DNA of 62,761 nucleotides from NCBI GenBank assembly GCA_964639195.1, contig CAZXCS010000001.1, positions 1 to 62,761 of the forward strand, read 5' to 3'. The notes under the pieces were generated by a model that saw only the letters and a program-made list of their open reading frames with translations, did no database searches and was not told where the DNA came from. Below are positions 26,502-34,049 of this stretch, one piece after another. A program made the translations under genes and the position numbers. Each line of letters starts with the position of its first letter. Positions within the stretch are counted from its first letter, which is position 1. This DNA comes from an uncultured Candidatus Saccharibacteria bacterium. Lineage in GTDB: Bacteria > Patescibacteriota > Saccharimonadia > Saccharimonadales > UBA4665.

Positions 26502-27701
26502 ATGAGCGAAAACAGGCTCCAGCCGGAAGCGGTCGGTCAAAGGTTTTCTTTGGATCGATTTCGAGATCCGCGGGCCCGAGTACCAGCGATTGCGCTTATG
26601 CTCAGCGGCATCGTAGCCGTTGACGGTGTCCTGCTGGCTGAGCAGCACAACACGAATGAGCGGGCCGCTGCCTGTGCCGAGCAATATTGCGGACAGTTAT
26701 CACTCAATCCTCCCATGACACTGTACGCAGAGACGCCTTCGGCTCATCATGCTCGTCCTCACGAAATGGACAGCGCAGTCGTAAAACCCTCGCCGCTGCC
26801 TCATTTTCGGCCCGCCAAACCTCATCCGGCCAAGACCCATGCGCCCGGACCAGCAGCGATACCGGTGGTGCGAAGCCGGCCGCGGCCTAACATAGTTCTG
26901 CGGCCGCAACTACGTAGGTCGGGTTTACCCCAATCGCCTGATCTTTCCGGCATTGAGGGCAACGACCTTGGCTGGCCGCAATGCGACGATGAGGCTCTAC
27001 CGACAAAGCCAACGATTCGTATCGTTGAAATAAACCAGATTAGCCGTCCTGATCAAACCAACCCGTGCCTTGGTCCGGCCAAAGGCCAGCGCCAAGTCGA
27101 ACTGGCGTGGGCGAAGCAGGGGGATCCGCGCTACACCATGTTCTATGAGTTCGTTATTAATCCTGGTCCAAAAGCGGCTGATTGGCCGACCAGTAACCTT
27201 GACCCCCGTCACCGAAAAACTCCCAACCCATACGGTACCTGCCATGGTGATAACAGCCGCAGCTGTAACTACCAGTTTGGCTGGAATCGAGCCATAACCG
27301 ATATGGATGAACGTTTAGGACCGGCCGCTGCCGAGGTTGGCCTGGAACTGCCGGAAGGCCAAATCCGCTGGCTGGACTTCGAAGGCGAGGACCGCTACCA
27401 ACAAGGTTCGGTAGCGGCCCAGCAAAATAACCGAGCCGAGGCCGAGGGCATGGTGGCAGCCAACGCCGCCAGCGGCTACCCGAGCGGCATCTATACGCTG
27501 GAAATCCAATGGGGACACATCATGGGGAGAGTGCCATCGAGCAGCAGCCTGTATAAGTTACCCGAATGGCTGCCAACGCACAGTCAGAGCGTGGCCTATG
27601 CCTGCAGCCTGCCACCCGTAACTCGTGGCGGCAAGCGGGTCATGGTGCAGGATCAGGAAAAGGTCGGCAACGACATCTACGATCACAATACCGGCTGTTG
27701 A
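26502..27701 (+). CDS. membrane-anchored protein with a GH25-like/DUF1906-like putative glycoside hydrolase domain
   Basis: An N-terminal TM is followed by a Pro-rich linker, then a DLGWPQC motif and later WLDFEG and GIYT segments. These resemble actinobacterial DUF1906-type lysozyme-like domains. The call comes from remembered patterns only. Confidence 0.4.
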   Translation: MSENRLQPEAVGQRFSLDRFRDPRARVPAIALMLSGIVAVDGVLLAEQHNTNERAAACAEQYCGQLSLNPPMTLYAETPSAHHARPHEMDSAVVKPSPLPHFRPAKPHPAKTHAPGPAAIPVVRSRPRPNIVLRPQLRRSGLPQSPDLSGIEGNDLGWPQCDDEALPTKPTIRIVEINQISRPDQTNPCLGPAKGQRQVELAWAKQGDPRYTMFYEFVINPGPKAADWPTSNLDPRHRKTPNPYGTCHGDNSRSCNYQFGWNRAITDMDERLGPAAAEVGLELPEGQIRWLDFEGEDRYQQGSVAAQQNNRAEAEGMVAANAASGYPSGIYTLEIQWGHIMGRVPSSSSLYKLPEWLPTHSQSVAYACSLPPVTRGGKRVMVQDQEKVGNDIYDHNTGC

Positions 27702-27726
27702 CCAACAGAGGTCAATCGGGTATACT
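27698..27726 (+). promoter_or_regulatory. promoter of the rpsF operon, TTGACC-17 nt-TATACT
   Basis: Hexamers lie at 27698-27703 and 27721-27726. This leaves a leader of about 64 nt before the rpsF TTG start. Confidence 0.55.
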
Positions 27727-27796
27727 GTGGTAACTATCAACTTCAGCTTACATCCCCTCGTGAGTGTAGGCTTTAACCGAAGGAAGGAGCAAGCAT

Positions 27797-28189
27797 TTGA
27801 GTGATTTGAATCAGTACGAAATTGCCGTGCTGTATCATCCTGACCTGGAAGTCGACCTCAGCAAGGCCGAGGACCGCGTCAAGAAGATCGTCACGGACAA
27901 TGGCGGCAAGATCACGGCCACCGACAACTGGGGCAAGCGCAAGCTGGCCTATGGCATCGCCGGCAATGAGCACGCTGTGTATGTGTTCTACACCGTGGAA
28001 CTGCCCGGCGCGGCTGTCGCCAAGGTCGAGAGCACGCTCAACATCACCGATGAAGTCATCCGCTTCCTGATCACCCGGCCGGACCTGAAGGCAATTGCCA
28101 AAGCCGAAGCCGCGAAGGCTGAAAAAGCCGAGCAGGCTGCCAAGCGCGGTGAGCAGGCGGACGATGACGAGAGCAAAGACGAAGAGTAG
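27797..28189 (+). CDS. rpsF: 30S ribosomal protein S6
   Basis: The start is TTG after an AAGGAAGGAG SD. YEIAVLYHPDLE..NWGKRKLAYGI matches S6, and there is an acidic tail. Confidence 0.9.
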   Translation: MSDLNQYEIAVLYHPDLEVDLSKAEDRVKKIVTDNGGKITATDNWGKRKLAYGIAGNEHAVYVFYTVELPGAAVAKVESTLNITDEVIRFLITRPDLKAIAKAEAAKAEKAEQAAKRGEQADDDESKDEE

Positions 28190-28364
28190 CATTCGTCATG
28201 CTGAATTCATTTCAGCACCCCGTTTACCCAAGTAATGACTTTGCAGATTCGTATACGGGATCCCGAAACAAGTTCGGGATGACGAACAGAGGGAGCTTAA
28301 ATTTTCGTTAAATTGGCTTGACGACTATTTGAGCAGAAGCGTAGGGTAGAAGAACAATTAAGTG

Positions 28365-28378
28365 AAGACATATGTCTT
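28365..28378. promoter_or_regulatory. perfect 14-bp palindrome AAGACATATGTCTT immediately upstream of the ssb SD
   Basis: Read directly from the sequence. It ends 4 nt before AAGAAGGAGG. Confidence 0.4.
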
Positions 28379-28397
28379 ATAAGAAGGAGGTGTCATC

Positions 28398-28919
28398 ATG
28401 GCACGTAGTCTCAACCAAGTAACTTTAATGGGTAATCTCACCCGCGATCCGGAACTGCGGCAAACACCGACCGGGCAAAATGTCACCAGCTTTAGCCTGG
28501 CGCTCAACCGGGCGTACAAAGACCAGAGTGGTGAATGGCAGGAAGCCACCGATTTCATCGATTGCGTCTGCTGGGGGCCGCTCGCCGAGCGCGTGGCGCA
28601 ATACCTCAGCAAGGGCCGGCGATGCCTGGTGCAGGGACGTTTACAATCCCGCAACTGGGAGCAGGACGGCCAGAAGCGCAGCAAAGTCGAGGTCCTGGCC
28701 AATGACGTGACGTTCCTGGACAGCCGGGGCGCCGGTGGTGACAGCGAGCCTTCAACAGGCTCAGGGCAGGCAGGTGGCGGAGCGAACGCAAGCTCGAGTT
28801 CTGATGATTCGGCGGCACCGGACGATAAACCAAAACCCAGCAAAACCGCCAAAAAGGACGATGTCGTCATCGAAGACATCGGCGACGAACCAATTAATTT
28901 AGATGATATACCTTTCTAA
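28398..28919 (+). CDS. ssb: single-stranded DNA-binding protein
   Basis: The OB fold begins NQVTLMGNLTRDPELRQTPTG, followed by a G/S/D-rich linker and the C-terminal tip LDDIPF. An AAGAAGGAGG SD lies upstream. Confidence 0.95.
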   Translation: MARSLNQVTLMGNLTRDPELRQTPTGQNVTSFSLALNRAYKDQSGEWQEATDFIDCVCWGPLAERVAQYLSKGRRCLVQGRLQSRNWEQDGQKRSKVEVLANDVTFLDSRGAGGDSEPSTGSGQAGGGANASSSSDDSAAPDDKPKPSKTAKKDDVVIEDIGDEPINLDDIPF

Positions 28920-28928
28920 GGAGTTTTA

Positions 28929-29132
28929 ATGGCAAAGATTTTTAAACACCGCACCGACGTTGCGTTTTTCGACTACAAGGATTTCAAGACCTTGCAGCGT
29001 TACGTTAATGTCTACGGCCAGATCGAAAGCCGCAAGAAAACTGGCCTGACCGAAAGTCAGCAACGCCGGCTGAGCGTAGCTATCAAACGGGCACGGCACA
29101 TTGCTCTATTACCGTTCGTAGCTAACAACTAG
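28929..29132 (+). CDS. rpsR: 30S ribosomal protein S18
   Basis: LQRYVNVYGQIESRKKTGLTESQQRRLSVAIKRARHIALLPF matches S18. Confidence 0.9.
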   Translation: MAKIFKHRTDVAFFDYKDFKTLQRYVNVYGQIESRKKTGLTESQQRRLSVAIKRARHIALLPFVANN

Positions 29133-29140
29133 GAGTAGTC

Positions 29141-29707
29141 GTGGCCTTAAGCATTACCAACCTCAAAAAAGGTACACTCTTCCAATGGCAGGGCGAGCCG
29201 TTTCGAGTCGTTGAATACAGCCAGAAAGTGATGGGGCGCGGCGGCAGCATTGTTAACGTTCGGATTAAAAGCCTGCTCGACGGCAAGGTGTTGGAGAAGA
29301 CGTTTAAGGGCAATGAACAGCTGGATAGCGCCGACGTGACTACCCAGACTGTGCAATATTTGTATAGCGACGGCAACAGCTTCCACTTCATGAACGAAGC
29401 TACGTTTGACCAGTTCGAGATTCCGGCCGACCTGGTCGGTGATAATGCCGGCTACCTCAAGGAAAACGACCTGGTACAGCTGCAGTTTTTCGATGGCCGG
29501 CCCATCAGTGTCGAATTGCCGAAAAACGTGCCGCTGCTCGTCACCTATGCCGAAGCCGCTGTTAAGGGTGACACCAGCAGTGCCATCACCAAAGATGCAA
29601 CTCTCGAAACGGGTATCACGATCAAAGTCCCGGCTTTTATCAAGCAGGGAGATGTAATCTCGGTTGACACGGCGACCGGTACTTATCGCGAACGCGTGAA
29701 GGATTAG
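29141..29707 (+). CDS. efp: elongation factor P
   Basis: The start is GTG. KKGTLFQWQGEPFRVVEYSQKVMGRGGSIVNVRIK and a three-domain length fit EF-P. Confidence 0.93.
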   Translation: MALSITNLKKGTLFQWQGEPFRVVEYSQKVMGRGGSIVNVRIKSLLDGKVLEKTFKGNEQLDSADVTTQTVQYLYSDGNSFHFMNEATFDQFEIPADLVGDNAGYLKENDLVQLQFFDGRPISVELPKNVPLLVTYAEAAVKGDTSSAITKDATLETGITIKVPAFIKQGDVISVDTATGTYRERVKD

Positions 29708-29708
29708 C

Positions 29709-30428
29709 GTGTCTAAGACCAGGCTTGACCAAATGCTCGTGAGCCTTGGCCTGGTGTCTACGCGCAGCCAGGCTGAAAGTTATATCAAGCTGGGCGAGGT
29801 GAAGGTAAATGGTAGTGTTGTCACCAAGCCGGGGTTCCCGGTAGCGGCTGAAGACCGTATCGAATTGACGGCTGACCGGCAATACGTCAGCCGCGCTGCG
29901 CTTAAGCTGGCTTCGGTGACCGACAGCCTGAAGCTTGATTTCCAGGGCAAAACCGTCCTGGATGTCGGCAGCAGTACCGGCGGCTTCACCGATTATGCCC
30001 TGCACCATGGGGCCAGAAAGGTTATCGCCGTGGAAGTCGGTACCGACCAGCTGCACCCCAGCTTGCGCGATAATCCGAAGATCGAGCTGCACGAACAGAT
30101 GGATATCCGCAATTTTCGGACCGTCCAGACTATCGACATAGTAGTCGCCGACGTGTCGTTCATCAGCCTGCGTGATATCTTGCCGAGTGTCGCACGCCTG
30201 TGCTCAAATCAAACCCAGATCGTCGCCATGGTAAAGCCGCAGTTCGAAGCCGGCACCAGCAGCTTCAAACACAAAGGCGTGATAAAAAATGACAAAATGC
30301 GTCGCGACATCCTGAAAGACTTCGAAGCCTGGGCAGGGCAGCACTTCCTGATTATTGATAAAGCCGATTCGGCGGTCGCCGGCGCCAAGGGCAACCAGGA
30401 AAGATTTTACCTCTTACGCAAAGCATGA
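29709..30428 (+). CDS. tlyA: TlyA-family rRNA 2'-O-methyltransferase
   Basis: An S4-like N-terminus (RLDQMLVSLGLVSTRSQAESYIKLGEVKVNG) precedes the SAM motif VLDVGSSTGGFTDYAL. Confidence 0.87.
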   Translation: MSKTRLDQMLVSLGLVSTRSQAESYIKLGEVKVNGSVVTKPGFPVAAEDRIELTADRQYVSRAALKLASVTDSLKLDFQGKTVLDVGSSTGGFTDYALHHGARKVIAVEVGTDQLHPSLRDNPKIELHEQMDIRNFRTVQTIDIVVADVSFISLRDILPSVARLCSNQTQIVAMVKPQFEAGTSSFKHKGVIKNDKMRRDILKDFEAWAGQHFLIIDKADSAVAGAKGNQERFYLLRKA

Positions 30429-30449
30429 GCGTATTGTTACACTGGGAGC

Positions 30450-31106
30450 ATGTATTTTGCTTCGCGTGTGCAGGCCGGCCGCATGTTGGCTGCCCAAATC
30501 GTCCCAAAGTATCGTTATGAGAACTGTGCCATCATCGCCCTGAACGACGGCGGCGTGATGGTCGGGGCCCAGATCGCCATCCAGCTGCACTGTGTGCTGA
30601 CGCTGCTAATGAGCGGTGAAATCAACTTGCCTCGTGAAACAGCGGCCATTGCCGGCATCACACCCGAAGGTGCTTTCGCCTACAACAATGTCTACTCCAG
30701 CGGCGAGATTGACGAGATGGTCACTGAATACCGCGGCCTGATCGAGCAGGAGAAACTGGAACAGATGCACCAAATGAATGCACTCCTCGGCGGCAGGGGC
30801 GTCATGGACAAGGCCCTCCTCAAAGGGCACAACATAATTCTGGTGTCGGACGGCCTGAGAACCGCCTTCGAACTGGATCTGGCCTATGAATTTGTTAAGC
30901 CGATCAGCATCGAGAAGCTGATTGTCGCCACGCCCTTCGCCAGTACCTCGGCCGTCGACCGCATGCACGTCCTGGCTGATGACATCTACTGCCTGAACGT
31001 CTTGACCGACTACATCGACACCGACCACTATTACGATAAACAGGATGTACCCAGCCACGACATGGTGGTCAAGACGATTGAAAAAATCGTCCTGAACTGG
31101 GTCTAG
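30450..31106 (+). CDS. phosphoribosyltransferase-domain protein
   Basis: The MYFASRVQAGRMLA N-terminus and a degenerate PRPP loop (IILVSDGLRTA) are typical of this uncharacterised PRTase-like family. Confidence 0.6.
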   Translation: MYFASRVQAGRMLAAQIVPKYRYENCAIIALNDGGVMVGAQIAIQLHCVLTLLMSGEINLPRETAAIAGITPEGAFAYNNVYSSGEIDEMVTEYRGLIEQEKLEQMHQMNALLGGRGVMDKALLKGHNIILVSDGLRTAFELDLAYEFVKPISIEKLIVATPFASTSAVDRMHVLADDIYCLNVLTDYIDTDHYYDKQDVPSHDMVVKTIEKIVLNWV

Positions 31107-31109
31107 AAC

Positions 31110-31763
31110 CTAATTCAGGTGCTTACGTAGCGCTTCAACGTCGCTCAGCAGGATGAACGAATTGCGGGTGGCTACCAGGCCTTTCCGCTCTAGCGCAGAC
31201 AGCTCCCGGCTGGTTGTTTCGCGGGTGGCGTTGATCGAGCTGGCAATGTCCTGATGCCGCAGCGGTACTTCGATCAGCAGGCCCTCGGCCGTTTCCTTGC
31301 CGAAGCGCTGGCTGGTGGTCAGCAAAAAGGAAATAATGCGCTCGCGGACCGTACGGTACTCGAGGTTCAATATCCGGTCGCCGTGCAAGCGGTACATTTC
31401 GATGGTCATGTCCAGCATCGGTACCAAGGCATCAGGTGTATCGCGCAGAAAATCCAGGAACTGCTTGCGGTCGATGCGCCAGGTAGTTGTCGGCGCCAGC
31501 GCCTGGTAGATGATGTGACGCTCCTTGCCGGTAATCGCCCAGATAAGCGGGAAAATCTCCTCTTGCTTGCGGATAATCAGCAGATTTTCTTCGTTGTACT
31601 TGGTGATATCGTAGGCTTTGACCAGCCCCTCATATATATAAAACACGCCGGGCGGGGAATCACCGGGGCGGATGACGAAGTCACCTTTTTTGAAAGTCTG
31701 TTTGACGCCGTTTGCTCTGAAGAAGTCCACCATTTCAGCGACCTGCTTGAGCGTGGCTAGCAT
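31110..31763 (-). CDS. Crp/Fnr family transcriptional regulator
   Basis: An N-terminal cNMP-binding-like beta-roll is followed by a C-terminal HTH (HQDIASSINATRETTSRELSALERKGLV). Confidence 0.85.
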   Translation of the reverse strand: MLATLKQVAEMVDFFRANGVKQTFKKGDFVIRPGDSPPGVFYIYEGLVKAYDITKYNEENLLIIRKQEEIFPLIWAITGKERHIIYQALAPTTTWRIDRKQFLDFLRDTPDALVPMLDMTIEMYRLHGDRILNLEYRTVRERIISFLLTTSQRFGKETAEGLLIEVPLRHQDIASSINATRETTSRELSALERKGLVATRNSFILLSDVEALRKHLN

Positions 31764-31856
31764 ATGCTCATTATGATAGGAGTTGCCTAAAATGTCAAAA
31801 AATTGCTAGGCTGTCCGCACCCCAGGCCCGACCCGAGAACACTTGCAGCAACATAG

Positions 31857-31872
31857 TGTGATGAAAATCTCA
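31857..31872. promoter_or_regulatory. CRP-type palindrome TGTGA-N6-TCTCA
   Basis: It lies in the divergent spacer between the Crp/Fnr gene and the PH-domain gene, and has one mismatch to TGTGA-N6-TCACA. Confidence 0.45.
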
Positions 31873-31942
31873 AATAATTAGTGGGGATTCTAACCGTTTT
31901 ATCGGCTCGGATTAGCTATGATGAGACGGTACTGAGGGAGGT

Positions 31943-32950
31943 ATGATGGTCAGCCAAAAAATTGTCAAAGAACAGCTAAAGCGCCTCGGCTTCAAACCTC
32001 ACGGCTGGGGCAGAGCCGAAGTCAGTGAACTGCCAAACGTGTTATTGCCCGATGAAGAGATCTATGACCTGGTCAACGGTATCTACGAAGGGGGCTTCGC
32101 TCTCCTGGTAGCCACCAATGTCCGGGTCATATTGATCGACAAAAAGCCGTTGAATTATCTAACCATCGAAGACCTGCGCTTCGACATGATTAACGAGCTT
32201 GATTACAGCCACCGGTTGCTCGGTGCACAGATTAACATCGCGTCCGGTGATAGGAATCTGCGTTTCCGCAGCTACAACCAGCAGCGGTTGCGTAAAGTCA
32301 TTACTCATGTCCAGCACTGTATGGCCGAGGCTAAGAAGCAGCAAAACTCGCACCAGGAAGATCAGAAAGTACACCTGGAGCAGATCAACCAGCAGCTGCA
32401 GGCTTATTTGATCGCCCAGCATCACCAGCAGGAACAGATCCGTCAGCAGCTGCAGGCTCAAGCCGTGGCTTTGCCGGCGGCTGTCGCCGAACCAGTCAAA
32501 CCGCCCTCCGAGCTGTCCGATTATCTGTATGCCCAGAGCCTTTTGGCGCGCTATCGCGCCCAGGCGGAGCAACCGCCGGCCGACAACGCTTTCCTGAATA
32601 ATCTTGAGCAACCGATTGAGACTCAGGCAGCTGCCCAGAACGCCTCGATTAATCCTACTGCCGCTGCTTCGCAACTTGCCGAGCTCTACGCCGAAGGCAC
32701 TCAGGAAATTTTCGGTAAACGCGCCCAGCTGGCCGCAGTGCCGACAAATCCGGCCGGTGCGGACTTGGTTGGTGATGACCTCCAAGCTGCAAGCCCGGGC
32801 TGGTCATTCGAAATCAACCCGCTGAAGATCGCCCGCGCCAAGCTGCCGATGGCGCTACGTAACCGCAAATTCGGCCGGCCGTCTTTCCACGCCCACAGCC
32901 ATCGGGCTCCGGTCACGCCCGCTACCCAGCCGCCGCCGACCACAGCTTAG
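31943..32950 (+). CDS. bacterial PH-like (YokE-like) domain protein with a Gln-rich coiled-coil and Pro/Ala-rich tail
   Basis: GWGRAEVSELPNVLLPDEEIYDLVNGIYEGGFALLVATNVRVILID resembles PH-like domains. The protein continues QQLQAYLIAQHHQQEQIRQQLQAQ. Confidence 0.5.
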   Translation: MMVSQKIVKEQLKRLGFKPHGWGRAEVSELPNVLLPDEEIYDLVNGIYEGGFALLVATNVRVILIDKKPLNYLTIEDLRFDMINELDYSHRLLGAQINIASGDRNLRFRSYNQQRLRKVITHVQHCMAEAKKQQNSHQEDQKVHLEQINQQLQAYLIAQHHQQEQIRQQLQAQAVALPAAVAEPVKPPSELSDYLYAQSLLARYRAQAEQPPADNAFLNNLEQPIETQAAAQNASINPTAAASQLAELYAEGTQEIFGKRAQLAAVPTNPAGADLVGDDLQAASPGWSFEINPLKIARAKLPMALRNRKFGRPSFHAHSHRAPVTPATQPPPTTA

Positions 32951-34033
32951 CTATTTACTGACATTAAATCGAAACTCCACCACATCATCTGGTTGCATGA
33001 GGTAGGTTTTGCCTTCGGTGCGGACTTTGCCGGCAGCTTTGGCGGCTGTCAACGAGCCTGCCGCTAACAAGTCTTGATAATTAACCACTTCAGCGGCGAT
33101 GAAGCCGCGTTCGAAATCGCCGTGAATGACGCCGGCGGCTTGCGGCGCAGTGGCGCCCTTGGGAATGGTCCAAGCCCGGACTTCTTTCTCGCCGGCCGTC
33201 AGATAGCTTTGCAAGCCGAGTGTTTGGTAGGCGGCGTGGACCAGTTGCAACAGGCCTGATTCCGGCTGACCGTAGCTGGCCAGCAGTTCGGCGGCATCGG
33301 CTTCGTCGAGGTCTTTGAGCTCGTCCTCCAGCTTGGCGCAAACGAACAGAGCTTGTGCCGGCGCGGTCAGTTCGCGTAGCCGTTGCTGCTTGTCCGCATC
33401 GCCCAAACCGGCCTCATCCATATTGAACACATAGATGACCGGTTTGGTGGTCAGCAGCTGTAAATCGGCAATGTGTTCGCGGTTGATTTCCGGATGGTTC
33501 CAGAGCGGTTCGCCGTCATTCAAAACGGTGTTCACTTGCTGGTAGGTGTCCAGAACCGGCTTGAGTTTCGGGTTGGCCCGGGCTTCCTTTTCGAATTTGG
33601 ACAAGCGACGCGACAGCGTTTGCAGGTCGGCCAGCACGAGTTCGGTATTGATAATGTCCATGTCTTTTTGCGGGTCATGGGTTTCGTCGACGTGGGTCAC
33701 ATTGTCGTCGTCGAAAGCCCGGACGACCTGCAATATGGCATTGGTGCTGCGGATGTGTGCCAGGAATTGGTTGCCCAGCCCTTCGCCTTCGCTGGCGCCG
33801 GCCACCAGCCCGGCGATGTCGACGAAGGTCACGGTCGCCGGTTTGACCGGGGAGTTGCCGTAGACGGCCGATAATTTCTCCAGCCGCGGGTCGGGAATCG
33901 GCACGATACCGGTGTTCGGTTCGATCGTGGCAAACGGATAGTTGGCAGCCAGGATATTACTGCGGGTCAGGGCATTAAAGAGGGTAGACTTGCCAACATT
34001 TGGTAAGCCGACAATCCCGATCGAGAGACTCAT
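32951..34033 (-). CDS. ychF: ribosome-binding ATPase YchF
   Basis: The G1 motif is GIVGLPNVGKSTLFNAL, and a TGS-like C-terminus is present. I set the start at ATG 34033 (MSLSIGIVG). Confidence 0.95.
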   Translation of the reverse strand: MSLSIGIVGLPNVGKSTLFNALTRSNILAANYPFATIEPNTGIVPIPDPRLEKLSAVYGNSPVKPATVTFVDIAGLVAGASEGEGLGNQFLAHIRSTNAILQVVRAFDDDNVTHVDETHDPQKDMDIINTELVLADLQTLSRRLSKFEKEARANPKLKPVLDTYQQVNTVLNDGEPLWNHPEINREHIADLQLLTTKPVIYVFNMDEAGLGDADKQQRLRELTAPAQALFVCAKLEDELKDLDEADAAELLASYGQPESGLLQLVHAAYQTLGLQSYLTAGEKEVRAWTIPKGATAPQAAGVIHGDFERGFIAAEVVNYQDLLAAGSLTAAKAAGKVRTEGKTYLMQPDDVVEFRFNVSK

Positions 34034-34049
34034 GGTATGTATTCTAGCA

